Under the pieces are notes generated by a model. The model was not told the DNA's origin, ran no database searches, and saw nothing but the letters and a program-made list of their open reading frames with translations. Of a DNA stretch of 64,000 nt, positions 27,540 through 41,450 are shown in pieces. Numbering within the stretch: position 1 is the first letter of the stretch; every line of letters starts with the position of its first letter. Both the position numbers and the translations under genes were made by a program. Origin of the DNA: the human T2T-CHM13v2.0 reference genome, Homo sapiens; the NCBI RefSeq assembly GCF_009914755.1, contig NC_060928.1, one strand, 5' to 3'.

Positions 27540-28828
27540 AGGATTCCCTGTTTAATAATGGTGCTGGGAGAACTGGCTAGCCATATGCCAAAAATTGAAA
27601 CTAGACACATTCCTTACACCATATACAAAAATTAACTCAAGATGGTTTAAAGACTTAAATGTAAAATCCAAAATATAAAAGCCCTTGAAGAAAGCTAGGC
27701 AACACCATTCAGGACATAGGCACAGACAAAGATTTTATAGTGAAAACACCAAAAGCAATTGCAAGAAAAGGAAAAATTGACAAATGGGATACAATTAAAC
27801 TAAAGAGCTTCTGCACTACAAAAAAACAAAAAACAAAAAACAAAAAAAAAAAACATCAAATTGAACAGACAACCTACAGAAAATGTTTGCAATATATTCA
27901 TCTGACAAAGGTCTAACATCCAGAGTCTGCAAGGAACTTAAACAAATTTACAAGAAAAAACAAACCCATTTTAAAAAGTGGGCAAAGGATATGAACAGAC
28001 ACTTCTCAAAAGAAGACATACATGCATTCAACAAACATAAAAGAAGCTCAACATCACTAATTATTAGAGAAATGCCAATCAAAACCACAATGAGATACCA
28101 TCTCATACCAGTCAGAATGGTTATTGTTAAAAAATCCAGAAACAACCGATGCTGGTGAGGTTGTAGATAAAAAGGAGCACTTTTACACTATTAGTGGGAG
28201 TGTAAATTAATTTAATCATTGAGGGAGACAGTGTTGTGGCTTCTCAAAACCTAGAAGCAGAAATACCATTTGACCCAGCAATCTCATTACTGGGTATTTA
28301 CCAAAGAAATGTACATTATTCTATTACAAAGATGCATGCCTGTGTATGTTCATTGCAGCCATTGTAGCACCATTCACAATAGCAAAGACATGGAATCAAC
28401 CTAAATGCCCATGAAATGATAGACTGGATAAAGAAAATGTACATATAAACCATGGAATACTACGCAGCCTTAAAAAGGAATGAGATCATGTCCTTTGCAG
28501 GGACATGGATAGAATTGGAAGCCATTATTCTCAGCAAAGTAATGCAGCAACAGAAAACCAAACACCACATGTTGTCACTTATCATTGGGAGGCAAATGAT
28601 GAGAACACATGGACACATAGACATAGAGGGGAAGAACACACACAAGGGCCTGTTGTGGGGGACAGGGGAAGGGAGAGCACCAGACAGAATAACTAATGGA
28701 TGCTGGACTTAATACCTAGGTAACGGATGATCTGTGCAGCAACCCAACATGGCTTACGTTTACCTATGTAACAAACCTGCACATCCTGCACATGTATCCC
28801 TGAACTTAAAATAAAAGTCAAAATAATT
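27540..28828 (+). mobile_element. 5'-truncated older L1PA (ORF2 C-terminus and 3'UTR)
   Basis: ORF remnants [14 protein letters not shown]...TTMRYHL and MEYYAALKRNEIMSFAGTW. 3' end 'acaaacctgcacatcctgcacatgtatccctgaacttaaaataaaa'. Confidence 0.95.
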
Positions 28829-28899
28829 TGATAAATTCATTCATTGAGTTCCCTCTCTGTCTCAAATAAATATTAATAGCAATAAAAATTAAAGCTAAA

Positions 28900-31800
28900 A
28901 AGACAAATTGACAAATTTAAAAAGCATGTTCAATCTGCAAAACATAAAATAAAAATTGTTTTGAAAGAAAATAGTAATTATACAAGTGGTCCAGAAAGTA
29001 CAAGCCTACTGGGTGCAGGACATGATGTGTGATTGACAGATGCTTCAAAGTAATATAAGGAGAATAAATATATTTCATGGAAACCAATAAACTAACACCA
29101 GGCTCAATGGTTAAAACCAGAGTTGCTATGTACAAGGGCATAATGGCTAAAACATTTCAGAATAGAAGAAATAAGTAAATTATCAGTTTAAAAGTTTAGT
29201 CTAAGTTCTGAAGAAGAAAAATAAAATGAATTAATAACTAGATATTTGTCCTTGACACTAAAACACAAGAAGCAAAAAGAAAAAAGAAAGAAAATTATTA
29301 AAAGTTACCAGAAGAAAAAAAACAGATTTTCTACAAAATTAAGATAATAGATCACAGATGCCTTTATTTTATGGTAAAAACAATGAGAGAACAGAATGAA
29401 GTACTCATTGTACATGCTTAAGGAATTCATAAGATTCAGAATGAACTTCATAACTAAACTGTCATATAAGAGTTTATGTAAATTTTGTTTGCTTGTTTGT
29501 GTCTATGAAGATAACCTAAGTGATAGCCTGATAATCTTTTTTCTAAAAACACTTAAAAGTGCTGTATAAACATTTAAATCAAATACCAATCAGAATAACT
29601 GAGATTTCATAAAATAAAACATAACCTGAAACAGGAAGTGAAAAAAAAGAGAGGATTCTGAAAATCCTCAAGGAGAAAAGGCCTTGAAACTACTCAAATT
29701 GGGAAAGTGAAACTGAGATTCCATACATCAAGTATGACTCTTAAATACTTAGCAAAAAGAAAAAGAAAGAAAAGTCTGGCCAACTACCGAGAGACAAAAA
29801 TGTTCAAAGAATTTAAAAATAGATAAATATTTTCTAATGCTTATCTATTAGATTATTGAGAATAAAAATATCGTAGATTATTGAGAAAGTTCCTGTGCAT
29901 TTTTAAAGTTTAAATCTGAACATTATTGAAAATACCAAACACCAAATCTTACAAAAAAGAGATTACATTGTACTCATAGGTACCTCTTATGTTATAAATG
30001 TTTTTAATAAATATACAAGAAAATCAATGAGATAAGTATTGCATGCAAGAAAATAATAAAATAGAGTAAAAATGAAAGTAAGCAATAAGAGTTAAGATGA
30101 GAGGAAATTTATATAGTAAAAATTAAAATTAATCCAACATGGATATCAAGAATAGATAAAGAAAACCATTGTTATAAAAGGTTTAAAACACCTTGCGAGC
30201 AAAAAACTATATTTCAATAAATTTTGAATCATATATAGAATGGTAATTTCAAATAAATTGTCAAAATTTAGTCAATAAAATTAAAAACATTTTTAAACCA
30301 AAACCATGGAAGTGATAGTAAAAAAATCTCCATTTAACAATCTCCACTTGATACTAAATCAAGGTACTTTTAAAAACATGTTTTACCAAAACTTAATGAA
30401 ACATAAAACTATTATCCTATTTCAAATTTTTAGAAACCAGAGGAGGATCCCACACCTAGTTCATTTTTACGAGGCTAGTACAGCACTGACACCGAAGTGA
30501 GTACCAATGCAATGTGCTTTATAGAGCTAAGACAAACATATATCAATCTTATTTACAAAGGTATACATAAATACCACCTAAGTAAATTATATAAAACAAA
30601 ATACCGAATTTTTCTAAGAAATATAAAGGTAGTTTGTCATCAGAAAAATTGTCTATATAACATTAGATTATTAAAACTCAATATAATCACTTAAATGGGT
30701 TCAGAAAAATTATATGTATCAACACTCATTCATGTTTAAAACCCATGTAACCAAGAAAGACAAGCTTAATAACTAGAAGAGAACTGCCTTATCTGGAGTT
30801 TAGAACATACATCACTCTTAAGGAAAACTTGAGAAATATATTAAAGTTAGGAACAAGAAACATATGTCCGGTGTCACCTACATTATTGAAAACATTATTG
30901 GCCTTAGATAATATAAGAAACCAATAAAATAAATTAAATATAACAATTGTAAAGTTAGTCATTTAAGGATGATACAGTTGACAACATATATAATCTAATG
31001 AAGTCTAGAAACAATAAAAATTAATTAGAAATTTCAGCAAGATTGCCAGATATAAGATCAAGATCCAGAAATCAATATTATTTCTATATACCAGCCACAA
31101 CTTCTAAAATGTAATAATAAAAAATTATGTTCTGCAATAACAGCAAGAATTGTAAGTTACCTGGTGATAAACTTAATAAAAGATATTTAAGACATTTATA
31201 GAGAAAATTACTGAAAGCTATAAAATACCTAAACAAACAGAAGTATATCTGTTGCCTAGATGAGAATCCTTTATAGTTTGTAGTTTTTAATCCTCTGATA
31301 GTGGATCTATAACTCAGAAAAATTTCAATTAAAAGCAAATATATTAAGTGAAACTTACCAAGTTGGTATGAAAATAAATAGCTAAACTAGTCAGAAATAT
31401 ATAAAGATATTAAAGTGGCAAATTAAACAAGCTATAAAGAATTATTGTAAAGTCAGTAATTTGGACAGTTTGCTCCTGGTGTAGTTTTATAAACAAATAT
31501 ATCAAAAGAATGTAGAGGACCCAGAATGGGGCATGTGTATATTTAAACTTAGTATGTAAGAGAATATATTTACAAATCAGTAGAAAAAGTAAATACGTTC
31601 AACAATACAAAAATAATTGTAGAACAATTTGTTATCATTGTAAGAAGTAAAATACAACTCTATCCTATTATAACAATATACTTAAATTAAGTTTCAGACA
31701 TATTAAAGACTTGAACTGAAAATATATTCTTGAAAATTGCATTAAAAGTATAGAGAAGAATATTTATAATCTCAGGTTGGGAAGGATTCCTTAAGCAAAA

Positions 31801-32420
31801 TTCAAAAAGCATAATCCATTAAGAAAAAGCAGTATAAATCGAAGTATTATTTTGGTCCATCAACAGGTACCTAAAAAAAGACATGCCAGAGACTTGGAGA
31901 CAATATTTGCAAGGCAGTACAAGGTCAAAGATTTCTAATCAGATTATTAAAATAATTCCCAAAGAATAAATAGCCAAAGTAAACAAATGAAGAAGACCTT
32001 GAAAAGATGATTCACAGAAGTGGAAATATTAACTTAAAATTGATCATAAGAAGGTGCTCAAAAACATTAGTAATTGGGAAAAATCTAATTTAAAACATTA
32101 TATCATTTCCTATCTATTAGATTTGCCAAAAAATTCAAGTTCAGTAAGGATAATGTATATGGGAACTCTCCTTACTGCTGGTGGGACTGTGCATTACTAT
32201 GTCCACTTTGGGGAGAAATTTATCAGCAAGTGTAAAGGGAGATGTGCCTACAAAGGTCACATTTCCACTAATAAGTATATATCACTCACAAGTACACACT
32301 GAAATCTATACAAAGATTTTCACCGCATCATCATGTGTAATGCAAACATATTGGAAATATGCTTATCAAGAGTATGCATAAATAGCTGTGTGACTATGTA
32401 TGAATGACACGTGTATTTGT
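28900..32420 (+). mobile_element. Ancient L1 (L1ME/L1M-type), heavily decayed ORF1/ORF2 remnants
   Basis: A-rich sense strand with L1 ORF2-like motifs, e.g. 'tcatttttacgaggctagtacagcactgacacc', 'aatttcagcaagattgccagatataagatcaa' and 'gggaactctccttactgctggtgggactgt'. Confidence 0.7.
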
Positions 32421-32504
32421 GCTTTTCTTTGTATTTAGGTACATAAAATCAAGCTAATCATATCATTTTTGTGCCACTACCATATCAGGCAATATAAGAT
32501 TAAA

Positions 32505-33803
32505 TTTTTTTTTATTTTTTATTATTCTTTAAGTTCTAGGATATATCTGCAGAATGTGCAGATTTGTTACATAGGTATACATGTGCCATGGTGGTTTGCT
32601 GCACCCATCAACCTGTCCTCTAGGTTTTAAGCCCCACGTGCATTAGGTATTTGTCCTAATGGCCTCCTTCCCCTTACCCTCCACCCCCTGACAGGCCCCA
32701 GTGTATGATGTTCCCCTTCCTCTGTCCACGTGTTTTCATTCTTCAGCTCCCACTTATGAGTGAGAACATGCGGTATTTGGTTTTCTGTTCCTGTGTTAGT
32801 TTGCTGAGAATGATGGTTTCCAGCTTCATCCGTGTCCCTGCATAGGACATGAGCTCATTCTTTTTTATGGCTTCATAGTATTCCATGGTGTATATGTGCC
32901 ACATTTTCTTTATCCAGTCTATCACTGATGCGCATTTGGGTTGGTTCCAAGTCTTTGCTATTGTAAATAGTGCTGCAATAAACGTATGTATGCATGTGTC
33001 TTTATAGTAGAATGATTTCTAACCCTTTGGGTATATACCCATTAATGGGATTGCTAGGTCAAATGGTATTTCTGGTTCTAGATCCTTGAGAAATCACTAC
33101 ACTTTCTTCCACAATGGTTGAACTAATTTACACTCCCACCAACAGTGTAATAGTGCTCCTATTTCTCCACACCCTCTCCAGAATCTGTTGTTTCCTGACA
33201 TTTTAATGATCACCATTCTAATTGGTGTGAGATGGTATTTCATTGAGGTTTTCATTTGCATTTCTCTAATGACCAATGATGATGAGCTTTTTTTCATATG
33301 TTTGTTGGCCATATAAATGCCTTCTTTTGAGAAGTGTCTGTTCATATCCTTCGCCTACTTTTTAATGGCATTGTTTGTTTTTTTCTTGTAAATTTGTTTA
33401 AGTTCGTTGTAGATTCTGGATATTAGACCTTTGTCAGATGGATAGAAAGCAAAAATTTTCTCCCCTTCTGTAGGCTGCCTGTTTAAGCAATGGGGAAAGG
33501 ATTCGCTATTTAATATATGGTTCTGGGAAAACTGGCTAGCCGTATGCAGCAAACAGAAACTGGACGCCTTCCTTACACCTTGTACAAAACTTAACTCAAG
33601 ATGTATTAAAGACTTAAATGTAAAACCTAAAACCAAAAAACCCTAGAAGAAAACCTAGGCAATACCATTCAATACATAGGCATGGGCAAAGACTTCATGA
33701 CTGAAACATCAAAAGCAATTGCAACAAAAGCCAAAATTGACAAATGCGATCTAATTAAACTAAAGAGCTTCTGCACAGCAAAAGAAACTATCATCAGAGT
33801 AAA
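32505..33803 (-). mobile_element. L1PA7/8-like 3' fragment with inverted 5' segment (33484-33803)
   Basis: Poly-T tail; 'taggttttaagccccacgtgcattaggtatttgtcctaat'; ORF2 remnants DWIKKMWHIYTMEYY and MNRHFSKE; strand switch at 33483/33484. Confidence 0.95.
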
Positions 33804-33849
33804 TAAATTATTGTTTTATATAAGTGTGTGTTAAATTTTCCCTTTCTGA

Positions 33850-34507
<658 letters not shown>

Positions 34508-36120
34508 ACCCTTTCTTCTTAGGTAGCTAAAGTATTTGATATCTATTCTTTGGTAAGTATTAATATATATCCTTGTAGGATATATAATGTTGCTTTTTAT
34601 GCATAAATTTTGAATTTATGAAAATGCCACTGTGCTTTAGATGTAATTTTCTTTCTTTTCTTCATAGCATGTTTTAAAGACCAATTTGCTGAATGTAGAT
34701 CTAGTATTTTTTTTCTCTAAATGCAGAAGACCATTCCATAATATGCATTCTTTACAACTTGTCTTCCTCTCTGACCAGTATTCTTAAGGGTATTAAGGGA
34801 TTGCTGGGTCATAGAGCATATACTTTCCATTTTATTTTTGAAGACTGTCTTTATTGCCTCCCATCTCTTCTCTACCTCCATGAACAATTTTTAGTTAACT
34901 TACTATTTTATTAGATAATATATTGATAGAGGGCAATATTTAAAATATTCTAAAAGTTTAAGTCTCCATTATGGCTATTTACTTTTAGCCTCTCATTTTC
35001 TTTCTTGAGAGGGAAGTCAATACAATTAGCCCCTTGAAAATTCTATTAAAATGATTTGTTGTACAGGTAAGTGAATATGGGTTATTTACATTTTTACCCA
35101 AATACGCATTAAGCATTTTGTTCATGCAATACTTTTTTTTCACTTTAGAATTTCTCTTAAAGAAATTTCCACTTCATAACATAAAAGACTGAGTTCTATA
35201 AAAATACATAGTATACCATTGTTTAATTTTACCATATTTATTTAATAATGTCTCTCTAGATGGGTAAATTAGATTAATTCCTATCTATGATATTTCAGAT
35301 AGTCTTGCAAATAATAATCTCAGATAAAAATTATTTTACATGTGTACAAGTTTATCAGTAAAATATAAATTAACAATATTTTTCTAGGTCAAAGGGTAAG
35401 TACGTTCATAATTCATGTAGATATTGGGAAAAACCTCCCTGTAGAGGTTGTACCAATGTACAAATTTATATCAGAGGGTCTCAATGCCTGGGATTACTAT
35501 AATTTCTCATTGTCTTCCCTTGACTTCAAGCTTTTTTGTTTCTTTAATTTGCTCTGTGTGTGTGAATTTCCAACTGTGGCAGCCATGCTTACCAACTACA
35601 TAGACATGTAAGTTTGGGTATATAAAGGAATTCCTCTTGTTTGACAAATTTGTACTTTCTGTTGCATTACAAGAATTGAAGTGTGAAAGCTCTTGCCAAT
35701 TGCTATTTAAAAATAGATTTCTGTATAACCATTTATGTTAGAAATATTTGTCTTTATTATTTCAACATTCAGCCTCAGCCAAATATCATCATTGATGTAG
35801 GTCTTAACAAAGTGATGCTTTTATTGACTTTCTGTTTTTTTCAAAAGACCATGGATAAGGGCCCCTACCTTGTTAATGGTCATGATGCTTGAGCCTGCTA
35901 CAATCTAGATGGCTTAAGTCTGTTCCACAGCAGTCATTCTGGGAGCACCATTCACCATCTTCCAGCCAGTTATTTGGCTTGCCATTGAGTTCGTTGAATC
36001 TATAGGTTTTCGACATATTCTATGAAATCCTTTTGTTTGGTTTACTCTTTTTTTGATTGGGGACACAGGGTAAAGCACATCCTCAAGTAGCTTCCTCAGA
36101 AAGAATACACAGAAGGTTAT

Positions 36121-37088
36121 CAAACAGACAACCTATATAATAGGAGAAAATTTTTGCAATCTATCCATCTGACAAAGGTCTAATGTCCAGAATCTACAAG
36201 GAACTTAAGCAAATTTACCAAAATAAAGCAAACAGCTCCATTAAAAAGTGGACAAAGTTCATGAACAGAAAATTTTCAAAAAAAAGACATACATGTGGCC
36301 AAGAAACATATGAAAAACCTCAGCATCACTGATCATTAGGGAAATGAAAATCAAAACCACAAGGAGATACCATCTCACTCCAGTCAGAATGGCCATTATT
36401 AAAAAGTCAAGAATCAACAGATCCTGGTGAGGTTGCAGAAAAAAAGGAACACTTTTACACTCTTGGTGGGAATGTAAATTAGTCCAACCATTGTGGAAGA
36501 CAGTGTGATGTTTACTCAAAGATTTAGAACCAGAAATACTATTTGACCCAGGATTCCCATTACTGAGTTTATACCCAAAGAAATATAAATTATTCTATTA
36601 TAAAGATACATGCATGTGTATGTTCATTGCAGCACTATTCACAATAGCAAATACATGGAATCAACTCAAATGACCATCAATGGTAGACTGGATAAAGAAA
36701 ATGTGGTACATATCCACTGTAAAATACTGTGGAGCCATAAAAAGGAATGAGATCATGTTCATTGCAGAGACATGGATGAATCAGGAAGCCATTATTGTTA
36801 AACTAACTCAGGAACAGAAAACCAGACACTACATGTTCTCACTTATAAGTGGGAGCTGAACAATGAGAACACATGGATACAGGAAGGGGAACAACACTCA
36901 CTGGGGTCTGTCGCAGAGCCAGAGTGGGAGAGCAATAGGAAAAAGAGTTAATGCATGCTGGGCTTAATACCTAGGTGATGAGTCAATAGGTGCAGCAAAA
37001 CATCATGGCACACGTTTAACTATGTTACAAAGCAGCACAACCTGCCCATGTACCTCAGAGCTTAAAAAAATATCAAACTTAAAGAAAA
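36121..37088 (+). mobile_element. 5'-truncated older L1PA 3' fragment
   Basis: Runs from 'aacagacaacctat...atccatctgacaaaggtctaat' to the 3'UTR 'gggcttaatacctaggtgatg' and an A-rich tail. Confidence 0.95.
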
Positions 37089-37244
37089 GATAGCATATAA
37101 TTTGGTTAGGTAAAAAATTTCAAACTGGAAATTATTTTCCTACAGAATATTATTTATTTGTCTTTTGGCTTCCAATATTAGAATTGAGATATCCAAAAAT
37201 CATTACAATTAAATTTTTTTTAATTTGACCTCTTTCTATTTCTT

Positions 37245-37395
37245 TTATTACCCAGAATTAGAACAGAGAAACAGAACCACTAAGAGATCAATATTAAGGG
37301 AATGTTCTGAAGTCATTGTGTGACTTGATTCACTGTAGTCTCTGTAAAGGTGTTGTTGTCTCCCTGTCCAATGCTGGAACTTGAGTCCTTTAGGT
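37245..37395 (-). mobile_element. MLT2-like LTR remnant adjoining ERVL internal sequence
   Basis: 'cagagaaacagaaccact' is the antisense of the MLT2 3' end. Orientation matches the adjacent ERVL pol. Confidence 0.55.
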
Positions 37396-37399
37396 TTAG

Positions 37400-38878
37400 C
37401 AAACACTACTGATAGATGTGATTGCTTATCTGCTGGGATGACCTAAACTTTCATTTCTGAGGGGTGTAAACTGTTACCAGTCCTATTCGATTGGATTTTT
37501 GTAGCTTACCTTTGTCTTTACTCACTGAACATAAGAGTAATAAGAGGCATTCTAGAGGATCTGTGGCATTCCAGGCACATTTTTTTTTTTTACACTCACT
37601 ATATAGCAGTGACCCAATTTCCCCTGGGTAATCAGAATCAAACACTGTAGCAGTACCATAACCTCCATCTTTGCTCATTGATTCATCACATGTGGAACAT
37701 AGTGTGTCAGGTGGCAATCTTAAGTTCCAGTTCAATGGAATAATTGCTTTAACCCCAGAGGGAAACATTTTTCTCTTTAAAACAAAGTGTCCTAGACCAT
37801 AAAAGCCCAAAATTTTGGAATAGGAAGCAAAAAAAATTGCTAGTGGATCACTACGGTAAATAGTAAAAGTAGCTACTCTCATTTTCACTCCTGGTTTACT
37901 ACATCTATGAATCTTGGTTATGGGGGAAATAGCACCACTTATTCAGCTATGATTTAGAGTACATTCTGCAACCAGAGTGCCACCTAGCTGGTGTTGTAAC
38001 TAAGCCATTCTACTATTCAAGCCAGCTGCTTCAGCATGATGGGTGATATGGTTTGGCTGTATCCCCACACAAAATCTCATCTTCAATTGTAATCTCCCAA
38101 ATCCCCATAATCCCCACATGTCAAAGGCGGGACCAGGCAAAGGTAATTGGATCATGGGGGTAGTTTTCCCCATGCTGTTCTTGTGATAGCGAGTGAGTGT
38201 CATGAGATCAGATGGTTTTATAAGCGTCTGGCATTTCTCCTGCTTGCACTCACTTTGTCCGGCAACCCTGGGAAGAAGGTATCTTCTTCTTCTTTGCCTT
38301 CTGCCGTGATTGTAAGTTTTCTGAGGCCTCCCCAACAATGCAGAACTGTGAGTCAATTAAACCTCTTTTCTATATATTACCTAGTCTCGGGTATTTCTTC
38401 ATAGCAGTGTAAGAATGGACTAACATAATGGGGAACAACAACAACAAAAAAAAACAGTGACTTCATGAACATGAGCCCATTGCCACACTTCATTTGTTGT
38501 GAAATGAGATCTTCAGAAAAAGCGTGCTATGTGGAATACCATAACAATGAATAAGATGTTAAGTCCACAGATGGTAGTTAGGCAGATGCCTTACAGGCAA
38601 TTAAGGCAAATTCATATGCAGAATAAGTGTCAATTTAAGGAAGATACTGCACTTTCTATGACAGAAATTGTAAAAAACAATCAACAGTCACCAACTCTGT
38701 GGCTGATCCCTTTGGGGAAAGGTGCTATACCAGAAAGTTCAAAGTTGCTATCTAATGTTGGCAGATGGGCCACTCAGAAAAGAGTGTAGCCAGATAGGTC
38801 TTGGTCAGTAGAAGTCCATGTTTCTGAGTCTACCCATAACCATCACCCATGCCAGCATGAATACTTGTTCATGAGGAA
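37400..38878 (-). pseudogene. ERVL (HERVL-like) internal fossil: integrase core and dUTPase, disrupted
   Basis: ORF 37451-37888 contains IPLNWNLRLPP...DSDYPGEIGSLL...AWNATDPL, typical of ERVL dUTPase. Integrase remnants HHAEAAGL and QWAH flank the THE1 insertion. Confidence 0.88.
38044..38427 (+). mobile_element. THE1D-like MaLR solo LTR
   Basis: 'tgatatggtttggctgt...gaactgtgagtcaattaaacctctttt...gaatggactaa'. Perfect 5-bp TSD atggg at 38039-38043 and 38428-38432. Confidence 0.96.
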
Positions 38879-38899
38879 TAGAACATGCATAAAAAATGT

Positions 38900-39600
38900 G
38901 GTACTTTGTTTACATTTTAAAGTTTTAGCTTTTACATTTATATCAATAATCCATACAGAATGTACATTTATATACAGTGTAAGGAATGTATCTATATTTT
39001 ACTTCTTTTATAGGTAATGAATTTCTTCAGTGTAATGCCACTTTTATCAACATGTCTATTTCCATATATGTCAGACCAGTTCTTGACTTTCTTATCTGTT
39101 TCTTTGTTATTTTTTTGTCACTGACAATATTATAATGCATAAATTGCTTTCCATCTCTTACAGAAATTTTTTCAATAGAATTCTTCTTTTAATTTTTGTT
39201 GACAGTTTTTTCTTTACCCTTTCATATGAATTTTAAAATTAGATTTTCATACATCACAGACTCAGGTAGACACATACACACCTCCCTATTGGAATTTTCA
39301 TTAGAATCCCTTTGAATTAATAAACCAAATTATAAAGCATTGATCATTATATGGACTTCTCTCATTCACAAATATGACAAATTTATCAATTTATACATAG
39401 TCTTTTTCCATATATTTTAATACAACTTTTAAAAATCTCTTATCTGTGAGATTTTTAAAACCTCACAAAACTTTTTAAAATCTCATTTTTTTGTATGTCC
39501 TGTAAAACATCACTTGATATTTTATACCACTTTATTATATTACAAATATTATCTTTGCTTCTTTTGTATATTCTAATAAGTATTTGTTACTGTAAAGGAA
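38900..39600 (-). mobile_element. Ancient L1M fragment
   Basis: Antisense ORF2-like 'ttttagcttttacatttatatc' and 'ccctttcatatgaattttaaaatt...ttggaattttcattagaat'. Confidence 0.55.
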
Positions 39601-40499
39601 GAAAAACAGTACAGTGTACTGTCCATGACGGCCATTATATTAAGTAATATTGTCAGGATGTATAAATATCAATATCAGGATAACAATGGTCAAGTAACCA
39701 TGGCCAATCTCTCTAACTGTACATGGTTTGGCTTAATAAATTAGAGGTAATAACGTGTATTCAATTTCAATTGATATAACAATCATGTAGTACAATATAT
39801 AGAATCTCTGCATATATTACAATATGATGTACAAAGTAAAGTGAATGTAATATTGGTAGTTTGCAGAATCCAACTCACAGTTGTTGAGTTATTGAGTGCA
39901 CACTATGTCCCAGGTACAGAATTTTGGATAACAAATAAAAGCCAAAGAAAATAAACAACAGCAAAAATTTATAAAAGAGGATAACAAACTTTTCGACTTA
40001 AGAGACTTACATTCTAAACATTCTCAATGATTTAGCTAAGTGTCCCACTAAGCATTTATTTCTATTCATGACTTCTAGGGCTTTCACCTTACAATCCTTC
40101 CCACAGTTGATCAATGATTTTGTGAGTCTGCTGCCATGTAAAAGTTCTTTAAAAAGTGAGGAGAAACAAAATACCAGATTTAGATAGGGGTATTTTAAGA
40201 TAAGGTCACACAATAGAAATAAAATGTTAACTTAGTCATCAACTATGTTATCTAAAGGTGGACCAAATCTAAAATATTTCAGTAGTTATTTAACTCATAA
40301 CCTCCTATATCTTTCTTTCTTTTCTCTCTCCTTGATTAAATGTCGTTTCACTACATGAGATGTCTCTATAACAGACATTATATGCTCTATCTTTACATAG
40401 TCTCTAAATTTAGTTTTATAATAATTACATAGTCTCTAAATTTAGCTTTATAATCACTAAAGCTTTCCATAAGTTATAGTTCTGAATCTTCAGTTTTCT

Positions 40500-41450
40500 T
40501 TGACAAGGTCTTTCCTGTTTTTACATAGCAATAACTTCAGTATCTCTACATGATAGCCAAATCTCTTCCTCAAATTTCAGAAATTACTCACGGAATACCT
40601 GACACAACCACAAACGTCCCATAACAATTTCAATATTAATGTGTCCAAAGTCTAAACTCATTTTAATTCCTTTAAAAGTATTTCATATTCAGTGTTTCTT
40701 ACTATCATCCATCATCCTTTAGGCACTCAAGTCAGGACCTTGATAGTCTAAGCGTACCTTTCTGTCTCTTGATTCCAAAATGTAGCTTATTGCAATCGTG
40801 TGGGTATTAAATTCTAAATACCTTCTTCACACATTTCTATCTATCTCATCCCCTTACCAGAGACTTATTGACAACCCCCTTCAAATGTTGTTTGATGTTA
40901 GTGTTGTTTACAGTAACACTAATACCCTATGGTTTCTCTGACACCTTCCTGCACTACATCATTTGACCTTTACCACTGCTATTAAGAGTTTGATGTGCAC
41001 TTTTCACCTTTGTCTTACCTTATTTTGATTTTTCAGACTTTCCAGGAGACTTAAAACTCTTTATGATTGAGTCCAGCAAACCTGTCCAGAATCACCTTAC
41101 TATTCTTACCTAAGCAAACTCTATCATTGCCAGAATAAACTACTTGATGCCCTGCACATCTAGTGATCCATTCCATATACTATTTCCTCTACATGGATTG
41201 CACTTGCCTCTTCTCTCCTAACAAATTCTACAAAGTGTTTTGCCATTTATTAAGTCAGAGTTCCTCCTACCTGTCTCCATAATGTTTTCCTTACACCTCA
41301 AGAAGAGCACTAAGATTTCATTTTATTACTTCTGTTTGGACTCCTAGATAATGTGCATCATTGCAGGGTTTTATATTCTTCTTTAGCCTTTTGCATACTG
41401 CTTTGAATATAAAGATATTTCTCTAACTTTACTATATCAACATGTATTTA
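40500..41450 (+). mobile_element. L2 fragment
   Basis: Pyrimidine-rich, with L2-like 'aatgtgtccaaagtctaaactcat' and 'ggcactcaagtcaggaccttg'. Confidence 0.55.

Noticed and set aside
21473-28828. A single L1 with a twin-priming inversion
   Set aside because: The two parts overlap by roughly 0.8 kb of ORF2 and show different subfamily features, so they are independent insertions.
34989-35072. Plus-strand exon ending at a strong CAG/GTAAGT donor (~35067)
   Set aside because: The acceptor is weak and the site probably lies in decayed L1 sequence. Isolated consensus donors are common by chance.
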